Shown here piece by piece: positions 49,992 to 61,758 of a stretch of DNA of 64,000 bases. Numbering within the stretch: the stretch's first letter is position 1; every line of letters starts with the position of its first letter. Below the pieces are notes generated by a model. It did no database searches. It saw only the letters and a program-made list of their open reading frames with translations, and was not told the origin of the DNA. The stretch is from Protoeuglena noctilucae (taxonomy: Eukaryota), in NCBI GenBank assembly GCA_958009085.1, contig OY253670.1, positions 682,001 through 746,000 on the forward strand, written 5' to 3'. A program made the translations under genes and the position numbers.

Positions 49992-51840
49992 ATGCCGAAT
50001 CTGCCGCTGGCGCGTATTGAAAAGCACATTTCTTTATCAGGGCTGAAGCGTCCCACCGGAGCCCGGCCCGGCCAGCGGCGCGTGCTTGCTAGGAGCTATC
50101 TCAAAGGAGAGCATGTGACAGTGGTGGGCCTGGGCAAATCGGGCCGGGCGGCGGCCAAGGTGGCGCTCCTGGCCGGGGCCCGGGTGACGGGCTTCGACGC
50201 CAACTCGAAGCTGCGTCCCCTGGAGGCGGACGCCGAGACTGCCCCGCTCGCTCGATCGGGCGCGGGGTTGCGGACCGTGCTGGGCCCGCAGGAGGACCCG
50301 GCGCTGCTGCGCGGCTGCACGCGGGTCGTGGTTTCGCCCGGGGTGCCCCTGGACCGGCCGTTCCTCAGCGCAGCCCGCGAGGTGGGGTCCGCAATGCGTC
50401 GCTGCATTGCGCAATCGCTTAGATTGGGTGCGCCTTCACAAACCCGGCGTTCCATCCAACGCAGGCGGGCGTCGCCATTGACTCGGAATTGGGTTTCGCC
50501 CTGATGGCGCTTCGGAGCGGCCTTCCTGGCCCCCTGCCCCGCACCGTCGCGATCACGGGCACGAACGGCAAGTCGACGACGACCACCTTCTGCCACCAGC
50601 TCCTCTCAGCCGCGGGAGTGCCCTCGTGGGCCGGGGGCAACCTGGGCACTCCTCTGAGCGAGCTTGCGGCGACGGCCCTGACGCGAGGATCCTTAGGCGA
50701 GAGGCTTGGCATGCACCTGCGTTGACTGGCACTGGCACGTGGCACGCGCCAAGCGTAGGGTGCCCTTCCTTTCCAGAATTGGACGTGGTCGTGCTGGAGG
50801 TGTCCTCCTACCAGCTGATGCTCCCGGGAGACCTCGCGCCGTCGGCCGCGGTGATCCTGAACCTCACGCCGGACCACCTGGAGCGCCACGGCACTCTGGC
50901 CAACTACGCGGACGCCAAGTGCAACGTCGCGACCCACATGACCCACGCGGACCTGCTGCTGCTCCCCAGCAGCCGGGAGGACGGCAGCGAGATCTTGCAA
51001 GAGGCCATGAGCCGCAGGAGACACCGCTGCAGCGTGGGGACCCTGGGCGTCCAGCCAAGCGACGTGGTCTTCGTTGATGTGGGGAGGCGCCGTGTGCGCA
51101 TGCGACAACCGGCCCCTGGTGGCGCCGCGGGTGTGGAGGTGTCGCTGGCTCAGCTCCGGGCCATGGGCGCGCACAACGCCCTGAACGCTGCGGCAGCGCT
51201 GGGGCTGGCAGCGCATGTGGCGGGGCCCACCGCATGCCCCGCTCTGGAGGCGGCGGTGGGGAACCTGCGCCCTCCCCCGCACCGGCTGGAGACGTTCGGG
51301 GAAATAGACGGCGTTTTGTGGGTAAACGACAGCAAGGCGACGAATGTGGACGCAGCAATTGTTGGCGTTTGTGCCATGGACCGCCCGTCGTGGGTGCTTC
51401 TGGGGGGCCGAGGGAAGCGCGACGGGGCAGGCGCTCTCGGATTCGGACGCCTCGCGGAACACCTCGCGCGGCACCGGGGCGTCGTGTGCTTCGGAGAGGA
51501 CGGCCCCGTGATTGCCCAAGAGCTGCGGGTGAGCCTCACATGGGCTCATGAGCGGGCGATGCCGGGCAGCAGCACGTGGCGCCGCACGCGCTATCAGGAA
51601 GCGGCTTGATGCACGAAAAGGTAGTCGGCCTCTCGAACGCAGGCGTGTGGGGTGGAGTGCCGACTGGGAGCAACGATGGCAGACGCCGTTCGCGAGGCGG
51701 CCAGGCTGGCGGGACCCGGGGAGGCCGTGCTGCTCAGCCCCGGGTGCGCGAGCTTCGACGGGTTCCGCAATTTCGAGCACCGGGGGAATTCGTTCCGAGA
51801 GTTGGTGGCTGCCATGAGCCCTGGGGCAGGCGCGGCGTGA
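49992..51840 (+). CDS. murD: UDP-N-acetylmuramoyl-L-alanine:D-glutamate ligase (MurD), intron-containing
   Basis: '[14 protein letters not shown]', 'VVVSPGVP', P-loop '[12 protein letters not shown]', 'AGGNLGTP', 'VLEVSSYQL', '[11 protein letters not shown]...YADAK', '[12 protein letters not shown]', 'PHRLE', '[11 protein letters not shown]', 'LLGGRGK', '[20 protein letters not shown]'. Four exons; TGA ends at 51840. Confidence 0.95.
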
Positions 51841-51895
51841 CAGCAGCAGAGGGCACCAAAGCGGCCAAAGTGTGTTTCGATAGCTAGGGTTAAAG

Positions 51896-54562
51896 CTAGT
51901 TTCGCTGCGCCTCGAACCCGTGCCGCTTGGCCACCGTCTCCGCCTCCTCGATGCCCCGCTCGACCGGAGCCAGCAATCCCGATACTCGGTCACGCACCGT
52001 GCCCTGCAGCGACATCCGCAGCTGAACCATCCTCTCATACTCCTTGTCCAGCAACGTCAAATACTTGAGGATCTCCTGGCGAGCCTTGGCCGGCACCTGC
52101 ACCCCAGACGCGAGGCCGGCCGTGTCGTGTGCCATCCCTGTCTGCAATCGCCAGTCCCCGCAACCAGCACGCGTCGCATCTCGCCTCGACCTCGTCGCTC
52201 GTCGCCTTGAGCACGCCCGCCCGGCCCATCTGCTTCCACAGCATGCCCAGCACCCAGTGGACGGCGCATGCGACGTCGCGTGACCGGGACACCACCGCCT
52301 GGTCCTCCGCACTCGCAGCGTCCATGTCCCTCTGCACGCCGCCAGAAACAAAAATCGGTGCGTCCGTCACGAACAGCAATGTTGTGGTCACACCGCATCT
52401 GCGCCTGGCTACCCCGCATGCCATGCTGTCAGCCACACCGCGCCAGGACGCTGTCGCATCACGTTAGGCGTCACCTGCAGGCGGATCCGCTTGGCGGCGT
52501 CCGCAACCACCGCGCGGGCGGTGTCTGGGTCCAGGAGTCGCTTGGCGCAGCGCCCGAGGGCCCCACGCGGCCTCTCCACCGCGAAATCGCGGTCGACCTC
52601 TCCGGGGTCCAGCAACCGCACGTTCTGCCACTTGGGGCCCCGCGCGGACTTTAACGAGCGTCGCGTGGCGATCGTGCCGAGCGTAAAGCCAGACGTGCTC
52701 TGCCCCGTCGCCTGAGGCTCCTCCGCCACAGCAGCGTTCAGCAGCGGCTCGTCCCTGCCTCGGTCGGCTGCAGACGCAAGCTCTGCGAAAGCGCACCAGC
52801 AAACCCAGGATGTTGTGTATCCGAGTCACGCACAAGTCGCGAGCAGACTGAGAGTCTCAGTCCAAGAGAGACGGAAGGCGCGCCACGCTGACGAGTGCAT
52901 CTCGAGTGCACCGGTGTCACTGGCGACTGCGATACTTACCAAGGTATTGCGACGTGTCGTGGAAGGGAAGCTCTTCCGGAGGCGACGGGGACGGAGGCCG
53001 CACCAAGTCGTCCAGCTTGCGCCCGTCCCCATCGCGGTGCTTATTGCCCGGGACCGCCCCCGAGCTCATGGCCTGCGCCCGCGCACCCCCTTCCCGGTCC
53101 ATCCTGTCGAGCTGATCAACCAGATCATCCATCTGCAGGTCAAGGAACGCTTGTTGGCTCAACCAGTCCCGGGAAGTCGAAGTGAAAGCATTCAAACACA
53201 GCCGCCACACCGCCGTTTCCAAGCATGCATCGCGCTTACCTGGTTCGCCCTGCCCTTGGCCCTGGCCTGCCCGGTGGTCGTCAAGGAGGCTCCCCGCAGC
53301 TCCGCCGCGGCCCGCGCATTCAGCTCCACGGCCGCGCTCCCGGGCTGGTTGAGCAGCGCAAGCGTGGGGTCCCGCTCCCGCACCCCGAACCCCTCGTTGA
53401 GCCGGTCGAACCGATCCGCGGCCAGGTTCACGGCGCCGTCCAGCTGGCGAATGCGCTTGCTGCCCAACCTCTCCATCTCCTCCTTGTGCTGCACCAACAG
53501 GAGCGACAGCGGGGCTCACATGCCAATCTGCCATGCTGTCTGCCGCCGAGAGCCGCGGCTTTGGGACTACATCCATGCGAGCGATCTCCCCGCAATGAGC
53601 GGCGTACCTCGGTCTGGCACTTGAGGAAGAAGGCCAGGGCTTGATCGTCCGGGATGTCGTCCGCCACCTCGGCGCCCGCTCGCCTGCGCCGGAGGACGGC
53701 GCTCTGCTTCCGCCGGAACTCCGCGAACTTCTCCCAGAACTCTGCCACTGTGACGCCCTGCTCCCGCACGAGGTGGTGGCAGGCCCGGCGGAGCCAGGGG
53801 AACGACGCCAAGAGCTGCGCCTGCTTGCGTGCTCGCTGCTGCTGCTCCGACGCAGCCTCCGCGTCTGGGCCGGTCGCCGAGGGGTTCTCCGACGCGCGTC
53901 GGGCCTGAGCGACAGCGGTCTTGAGGGCCGCGGCGTTGATTTGCCAGAATTCCGCGTCCGTCACGGCTCCCTCCTGCACCAGCTCACGGTAGGCCCCCGC
54001 GAGGTCGGGCCGGTCCCTGAGCAATGCCTGCTTCGCCTCGTCATCATGAGCCTGCGTAGGTGAGTGTCCGTCGCTCCGCATGCCGCATCGCGCACCGCCG
54101 CGCGCGAGGCCGGCCCGACGAGTGCGCGGCTCGTACCGGCGTGGGCTTGGCCGCCTTCTGCTGCGCCCTGAGGTCGAGCAGGTGCGCCTTGACGGCGTCC
54201 CTGTCAGGCTCGCTCGAGAAGCGCAGGACGACGGCATCGACCCCGGGCGGGGTGACGCGGAGGAAGTACTGAGCGGGTTCGTTCCCCGCGGGCAGCTTGT
54301 TCGCCGACGCCACGCGGCACGCATCGGCGGCCAGCAGGCTCGCGACCAGCGATAGCCGAGACGCAGCCGAGGCCTCGGACGGCAGCCATTGGAGGCCCTC
54401 TGCGGCGAGGGTGGGCAGCCTGGCGTCGGTGCACAGGCTCAACGAGGCCATCCACGGTGCTGCGGGGACAGCCATCGCACCTTTGACGAGCTTCAGAGTG
54501 CCGGAAACGTATTCTGTCTTCGATATCTGCCGATCGCAGCTGCACTTGATGGCCGCGGCCAT
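51896..54562 (-). CDS. GTF2H1: TFIIH subunit p62/Tfb1 (GTF2H1)-like: PH domain plus two BSD domains
   Basis: N-terminal PH-like segment ('SGTLKL...LQWLP...FLRV...VLRFSSEPDRDAVK'), BSD1 'KQALLRDRPDLAGAYRELVQEGAVTDAEFWQ', BSD2 'QLLASFPWLRRACHHLV...VAEFWEKF' and a helical C-terminus. The sequence is divergent, and joining the 3' exons (51896-52730) to this gene is inferred. Confidence 0.7.
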
Positions 54563-54841
54563 CCTGTGCTCCGCCAGCAGTGATTAGAGGATTATTGCGG
54601 GGGCTGACGATTTCGCACCCCACAGCCGGATTCCGGAACGCTGTGAAAATGCAGTCGCTGCTTTGACGTCTTCAGACGCGCCTGCTGAGAGGTGCTGGAA
54701 ACTTACTGACACAGTCCGCCCCACGAACTCAGCAGCCTTACGCCACAGCAGCGCATCGGGGGCAAACATACGCTGGGTCGAGGCGTATCCTGCTTCCTTG
54801 ATAGCCCGGCCGTCGCCTCCCGCCCTCAAACGTGGGTCAAG

Positions 54842-56560
54842 ATGGCCGCGGACCCAGCGCGGCAAGTGGCCGAAATGTCCCGCAAGGTCGCGGAGCTGCA
54901 GGCGGCCATCAATGCGAAAGACGCCGAACTGGCTAGCCTGAGGCGAGAACGCGACAGGGCAATGCGTGGAATGGCTGTTCTTGCGCGCTCGACATGCATC
55001 GGCCTGGCTCACCGCCCTGTGGACCACGGATCCCTCTGCAAGTACGAACGACACATGCTTTGATGCCGCTTGCTTTGTCTGCGCAGGGAAGCGCTGAGCG
55101 CGTACGAGGAGTCGGGGCAGGGTGACCTGGAAAAGAAGAAGCTGATTGAGCTCGCAAAGAAGAACAAGAATCTGAATGGTGAGCTCTTTCTGTACTTCAC
55201 GCAAAGACTTTCTTCCATGCGCCGTGGCACCTCGTTCGCCCCAGCACCAGAGCGCCACGAAAGCCACGCTGTTCGGATGTGCGCAGTGCAACTGGAGCGG
55301 GAGCGGACCGAGGCCACCAAGGCAAAGAACGAGCTTGCGAGGATGAAGGCAGACCAGGGGAAATCACCGGGGAAGGATGCAGCTGCGGAGGCGGGAGCGT
55401 GGAAGAAGAAACACGACGACGCCGTCAGCAGGCTGGGGCAGCTGCAGCTGGAGGTCTCGAAGACGAAGGACAGGGTGAGGGCGCGATCACGACAAGATGC
55501 TGTCCAAGATCGCGAGAGCAAGGAACTGCTCTTTTTTCTGCATGTCTCACTTCATATGTCAATGCGGGTGCACGTCGTGCCGTGCCCTCCGCAGGTGGCC
55601 AAGCTGGAGCAATTGCTCAAACAGGAGCTGGGACCCGATGCCGATATTGACAAGCTGGTACGGGAGGGCGGGGCGGACCGGACGGGCCGGGTGCAGGAGT
55701 TGGAGCTGCTGCGGGCGCAGGTCCGGGAGCTGCGGCAGAAGGTGGGGGAGGCTGGGCGGACTCGGGAGGAGCGGACCATTCAGCAACAACAGAAGGAGAA
55801 CCGATTGAAGGAACAAAAGGTGAGGGCAGATGGCGGGATGGACTGGGATGCCCTCTGCTGGTGCTGTACGTCGCTTTATCCAACGCGTGCACCAATGCTC
55901 TCGCGAGTGCAGGAGAAGGAGGAGCTCCAGACCAAGGTGCAGCTGCTGGAGGCGGAGCTGAAGACCGCGACGGAGAAGAGCGCCGCGTCTGCGGGTCGGG
56001 CCCGGACGGTGTCGCGGCAGATCCAGGACTTGAAAGAGAAGCTGCAGGTGGTGCTGGAAAAGACGGCGAACGATGACAAGTACATCGCGGCGCTGCAGGG
56101 GCAGCTGCGGCGGATGCGGGTCGCGGGAGGCGACGTGTCCGGGGGGGCCGAGGAGGACGCGGAGGTGGCACACCTGCACGGCGTGGTGCAGGAGCGGGAG
56201 CAGCAGATCGACCGGCAGGAGAAGATCATCAAAGCGCTGCAGGCGCAGATGCAGGACCTGCAGATCCAGCTGCACCAGGGGAGGCGCGGGGAGGCGGGGC
56301 TGCAGTCGGAGCCCAGCGCGCGCAGTGGCGGGGCCGAGGTGTCCCAGGGTGGGTCGCAGGGGCGGGCGTGGGAGGAAGCAGAGGCAGGGGAAGGCGCGGG
56401 GGCAGTGGCGGGGGCGGGCGTCAACGAGGGTGCTCGTGCCTGGCATGCACTGCGTCAGGGGAGCATGCGTGCGGCTGTTGACGCTTCGCTGGACGATTCG
56501 GGATTAGACGCCCCTCCTGACGTCCCCGATGACATGACGGGGGGTGGCTACGAGGATTGA
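54842..56560 (+). CDS. CCDC13: CCDC13-like centriolar/ciliary coiled-coil protein
   Basis: 'KKLIELAKKNKNLN', 'LLKQELG.D.DIDKL...GRVQELELLRAQV', 'LKEKLQVVLEKTANDDKYIAAL' match the CCDC13 conserved blocks as I recall them. Confidence 0.72.
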
Positions 56561-56807
56561 CGGCGCAATAGCTGTTCAATGAAGTGTGCGGACTGTCTTG
56601 ACGAGATTATGGCTGGAATCCTGCAGCAGCAGATGCTGACAATGGCCCTGCACCAATGGCAAGCCTATGCAACACCTCGCGAGGCCTCGCGGGAGCGCCT
56701 CAGTCCCAAAGATCGGCGCCGCGACCGCTCGACCTGCGTGGGGGTGCGAGGAGTGCGACGTTATGCCAGGCTGCCGCCTTGCACCTGCTGCGCTTACGGT
56801 CGCTGCG

Positions 56808-59800
56808 CTACCAGTGCATGCCATGCAGCGCGACGCACCGGCGACCCTGGCCAGCGCGGGAGTCCTGGGCCCGAGATTGCACCGTTTCGATGGCGATCAT
56901 CCGGGGACCGTTGCTGGCGGGCGGGGCGTCCTCGTGACCTAAGCGCGGACCCCGAGAGGAGGACGACGGGCCCCTGCTTGCGACATCGACGGGGACGACA
57001 GGGTTGGCGTAAGCAGAGCCGCCACCGAGACTTCCCTCCCGAGAGTCGCTCTCGGGCCTCCGCCTGTCCTTGTGGGGGACAAAGGCCAGGGGAACGGCAG
57101 CGGCCCGCCGCGCAGGCATGTCCGCCACGGCCGCCGGCTCGGCCCGAGGGGCCTTGGGTGGCGCTCCTGCCGGCGGGCGCGGGTGGCGGTCACCGCCGCC
57201 CAGCGCGCCCCCGGACGGCCGCGGCCCCGGCGCCCTCGTCGCGTCCGCCGGGTGCTGGACGCCGTGGCCGTGTCCGTTGGCCGAACCCTGCCCCGGCCGC
57301 GCAGGCCCCGCAGCCCCAGTGTGTAGCGTCTCCTCTAAGAGCTGGCCCGGGTGCGGCATGGACGCCGGCACGGGCGTCACGGTGAGCGGCGGCGCGGCCT
57401 TGCTTTTGTCGGAGATGTGAGTGTAGCCCTTCTCGCGCGGGGCACTGGCCGGCTCGGGCACGGGAGCGGGGGACTTAGGGTTACCCTTGGGAGCGGCGGC
57501 GGCTGCCCAGGGCGACACGCCACCCCCGGCTCCGTGCTCCGCTTCGGGCATCGCGGTGCCGCTCGACTGGCGCCGCGAGGGCGGGACGACCGGCCCCGAC
57601 CACAGGCTGGGGTCCCCACCGGTGCCTGCGCCTGCGTTGGACGTCGGCGGAGCAGGGGCCCCCGACAGGAACGCCGACGGCCCGCCGAGGTGCCAGGACG
57701 TGACCATGGGGTTCCCCACAGCGAAGGGGCCCTGGGCCGACCAGCCCGAGTCGCCCATCCGGCCCCCGAAGCTCTGGCTCCCGGGAACCGACGCAGCATC
57801 GCCCATCAAGCTGCTGCTGCCGTCGGACACGGAAGCGTGGTGAGGCGCGGGATTCGCCCCCAGGCCGGGGACGCCAGGGCCCCCAGCGTGGGTCAGGTCG
57901 ATCGGCGCCCACACGGTCGCGTCCGGGGGCACGCTCCCCGTGAAGGGGGCCGAGGGGACGAAGGGGCTGGCCTGCGCGCCCAGGGGCTGAGGCTGGCCCC
58001 ACGGGAAAGCCCCGGCCCAGGCGTCGGCCTGCGGAGGCACGGCCCGGTCCGCGGGTGCTGGCGGCCGGCGTATGTCGCCCATGACGGACCCCGCCTCCCT
58101 GCTGTCGACGCTCCGGCGGGCCGGGCCCAGCGGCGGCGACGGCGTCGCGCGAGCGCCGGGGGCCAGGTTGGGCACCAGCCCTGCGCCAGTGCGGTCCGGA
58201 GTGCCGCCCAGGTGCGTGGCTCCAGGCACCCCCGGGCGGTCGCCCCCGGCAGGAGGCGCCGGCGGGGGAGCCGGGCGCCCCGGCAGGTGCTGCTGCTGCT
58301 TGAGCGCCGACTGCATCATGGCCTCGAAGTTGCTCCCTGCCGCCGGGACCCCACCGCGCGGCACCGCACGGTCGCCCGCCGGGGGTTGCGGGCCCAGGTG
58401 CCCATGAGGCCCGCCCGCCTTGCGCGCTGCAGCCCCGTCGGTGGAAGGAGCGTGCTCGAATCCCTTCCCGTAGTCGGTGGCGGGGGTCTGGAACGCAGGG
58501 TAGCCGGGCACTTGGCTTGGGACGTGACCTTGGTAGGGCATGGCGCCCCCGGAGTTGGGCGTGGCGCGCATGCCGGAGTTGGACCCGGTGAGGGAGGCAA
58601 AGGACGCCGGCGGCACCGGCACGGGGCTGCGGGAGGAAACCCACGGGCGGGGCATAACATGGAAGCACGGGCCATGCGTCGGAGACCAAACAGGGTGTGT
58701 GGGGAGAGGGAGGCGACGCCAATCGGCATCGATGACGCGGATAGTACAAGCAGAGCTTTGGGAGACTCAAAAGGCACGAACCTGTACCCCATGGCGTCTG
58801 CGCCCATGTGGCCCATGCCCGCGGCCCCCATCGCGTGACCATGCGCGAAGGCTCCGTTGTGGTTGAAGCCCTGGGGGTAGCCCGGCAGGACGGGGTGGCC
58901 GGAAGGCGGCGGCGGCGGGACACTGCGGGCGCGAGCGTGGGAGCGTCCTTGCATGTTGGTCACGTGGAGCTGGCATCGGCGTTACCTTGGAACAACCTGA
59001 GTTTCATTAGATTTGACCAGCACTGCCGGCTGAGGCGCACACCTGCTAACGGGCGGCTGGGGCAGCCACGCGGGCGGCCCGGGGAACGGCGCCGGCGGGG
59101 CCGCGGGTGCGGGTGGGGGTGGCGGGGCGTAGACGGTCGCGGCGAACGCCGACGACGCGACCTTGTTGATGATGGCCAGCATCGCAGCCGCCTCCTCGTT
59201 CTTGGACCCTGCCTCGTCCCCCACGCCCGCTCCCTCCGCAGCATCTGTGGGAGCGAGTGCAAAGTGAGGGTGTCTCGCACATCCACTCCCCTGCAACAGC
59301 GCCTGCTCTCACGAAACTGCAACGCGGCAAGCATTCCAAATTAAACGCATGGCGCCAGGCCGAACCGCGTCGCGCCACATCGCACCAGGTGTCTCTGGCG
59401 TGGTGGCACCCTCCTCTGCCGTGGGTCGGTTGCGGCCCCGGCCTCCCCGACCACGGCCCCTGCGGCTCGGCTTCTTCCCGCGCGGCTCACGCGCGTTCCC
59501 GAGCCCCACCGCCTCGCGCAGGAGCTGCAGCGCCTGCTGCCGGACCTCCGCGGCACGGTCGGCGTGCGTGGCGCCAGTCTGCGCCAGAGTCCACTGCCGG
59601 AAGAACCGGGCCAGGCCGTCCACGTCGTCCTCCAGGAGCACCACCGCGCTGCAGACGAGGGGTTACGATCATGTGCTCTGCGCCGTGGCACATGCGGGCT
59701 TTGCCCCCGCAGCGCATCCACGCACGATGACATGGCACGGGGCCCGCAGTGCCCGGCCGCGATGCAGCGTGTTCGGCATGTTGAACGAAAACGATTGCAA

Positions 59801-61251
59801 ATCATCTCATGCGCCCGTGTGTCCATGACTCATCGCTGCCTCACCTGTCCTTGACCTCCTCTGTCGTGCCCTCTGCGTCGCCCTGGGGAGGCTCCAGCGC
59901 CGTCGCACGCCGGCGCTCGTGCCCCTTGGCGTGCAGGTCGGAGGGCTCGAGGTCGAACAGGTTTCCGAAGTAGACGAGCATCGCCGCCACCTGCGCAGAC
60001 AGACGCGAACAGGGATGCCCGTCTCAGCAAGCACAAAGCACGCGCTGCTGCAGCGCTTCGAAAGGCATGCACTTTAACATGGACCATCGTTGGAAAGTCG
60101 CGTATCCAACCCAGCGAGTCCGTCGCGGTCGTCACCTCAGCGCTGCGCTGGAGGGCGTGGTCAAGGGTGCGGGTTAGGTGGTCCGCCGCCGAGCGCTTGG
60201 CTTCGGACAGCTGCTGCGCCGCGCGGGCCTTGGTCTTCTCGTGCGCCTCCTCGCTCGCCTTGGTCGCAAGCGCAGCCTGCGCCCGGAAGGGTGAACAGCG
60301 TGCCATGCATGTCCTGTGACTTCGCCAGCACAGCACGCGACGACCGACAAGCATGCGGAAGCCCGAAGCGAAAACGCACCTGGTGCGCCTCTTCCCGAGC
60401 GGCCGACACGTCTTTCTCCGCGGCTTCCCTCGCCGCCGAGAGAGCCTGCGCGCTCTCCTCCCGCACGCGCTGGATGTCCTGCTCCGCACGCGCCAGCGCC
60501 CGCTTCGCCTTGGCAAGCTCCGCCTCCGCCGCCTGCACGCGTGACTCGGCCGCGGACGCCCGCCGCTGCTCCTCCTCCAGGAACCGCATCGCCGTCCGCG
60601 AGGCCTCCTCCCGCTTGTTTGCCTCTTCCTCCCTGCAAGCCACCCCCAAACGTGCAGCGATGCCGGCGAGCCTCGCTCCTGCGCGGCTGGTCCGACGAAC
60701 CCATATTGCGCAAATGCCCTCACCTCACGCGCCTCGCCTCCGACTGCAGATCGTCCGCGAGGCACTCGCGCACGTGGTACAGCGTCTCCTCGTAGTCGTC
60801 CGCCAGCCGCTCCTCCCACGGCAGCTGCGCCACCGTCTGCCGCAGATTTTCGGGGACATCCTGCCCCTCCTTTATCTGCGGGGGCGCGGACGGCGGAGCG
60901 CGATGAGGGGGCCTACTGTGCTGCATGGTCAGCTGGTGAGCGTGGCATCGCTGCCCTCCCGTGCAATGCGCGAAGCTTGAGTTCGATGCATTTGCCGGCC
61001 GGGGAACAATCCCACGCGGCAAACAGCGGCCGGGCGCGCCGCGGCACGCATTTCCCGCACACGGGGGTTGCGGGCAGCCCGGTGCGCGCTGCAGGCGGAT
61101 CGGGAGCGGCCTGCGTCTTCCACCGTCCGCGCCCGCCTCGCACCTTGCGCGCGGTGCTCCTCACGCCGTCCCTCCGCTTCTGCTGCTTCTCCAGCCTGCC
61201 AAGCAAGTACAGCTCCGTGTGGTAGGGGCGCCGCTCCGGTTCCCCCGGCAT
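56808..61251 (-). CDS. Uncharacterised protein: N-terminal coiled coil and long Pro/Gly-rich disordered C-terminus
   Basis: Exons 'MPGEPERRPYHTELYLLGRLEKQQKRR', 'LPWEERLADDYEETLYHVRECL', a coiled coil at 60380-60635, 'LLEDDVDGLARFFRQW', then the 615-aa low-complexity frame 56808-58655. Confidence 0.55.
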
Positions 61252-61758
61252 CTTGGCACGCGGTGGCGCAGTAGAGCTCACTGCGCGCGGGGGGGGATCG
61301 GGAGCGAGGCTTCGCTGGCCTGGGGGACACAGCGTGCGTTGCGCAGGGAGAGGGAGCGCCCGGGGATCCAACTCCGCTGCGCGACAGCACGAGCGCGTCT
61401 GTCGTGATGCAAGGCGTTCAATGCGATCCCCAAGGCGGCCGCGAGGTACCAATTCAGAGCGATCCAAGAATATCAGTACCTGCGCGAAGTTCCGGCGCCA
61501 TGCGCGAGTGGCCGGCTATTGGCGCCCTGCTAAACGCGTAAAGATCTATGCCTGGGCGCGTGGAGGCGGTGGAAGGAAGAGGCCGCTGGTCGGCGTGAGT
61601 AAACTGTCAGACACCGGGGTGGGGCTCGACGCCGACCGGCCATTTGGCCCTTTCGCGTGGTCGGCAGGAAGACATGATGTTGATATTGCAGCGAGACGCA
61701 GACCCATCCCATTTGGTTGACCACCTTGCTCGTGGCTGCCATTGCTGCATTCACGGTG

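Noticed and set aside
49992..51840. murD (and the sbcCD-like and hslO genes) as bacterial contamination or a prokaryotic operon
   Set aside because: All carry spliceosomal introns of the same style as neighbouring eukaryotic genes and have N-terminal extensions.
51896..52729. A separate small gene downstream of TFIIH p62
   Set aside because: It is on the same strand, has no convincing ATG start, and has splice-site-like boundaries. It is more simply the 3' exons of the p62 gene, though this is not proven.
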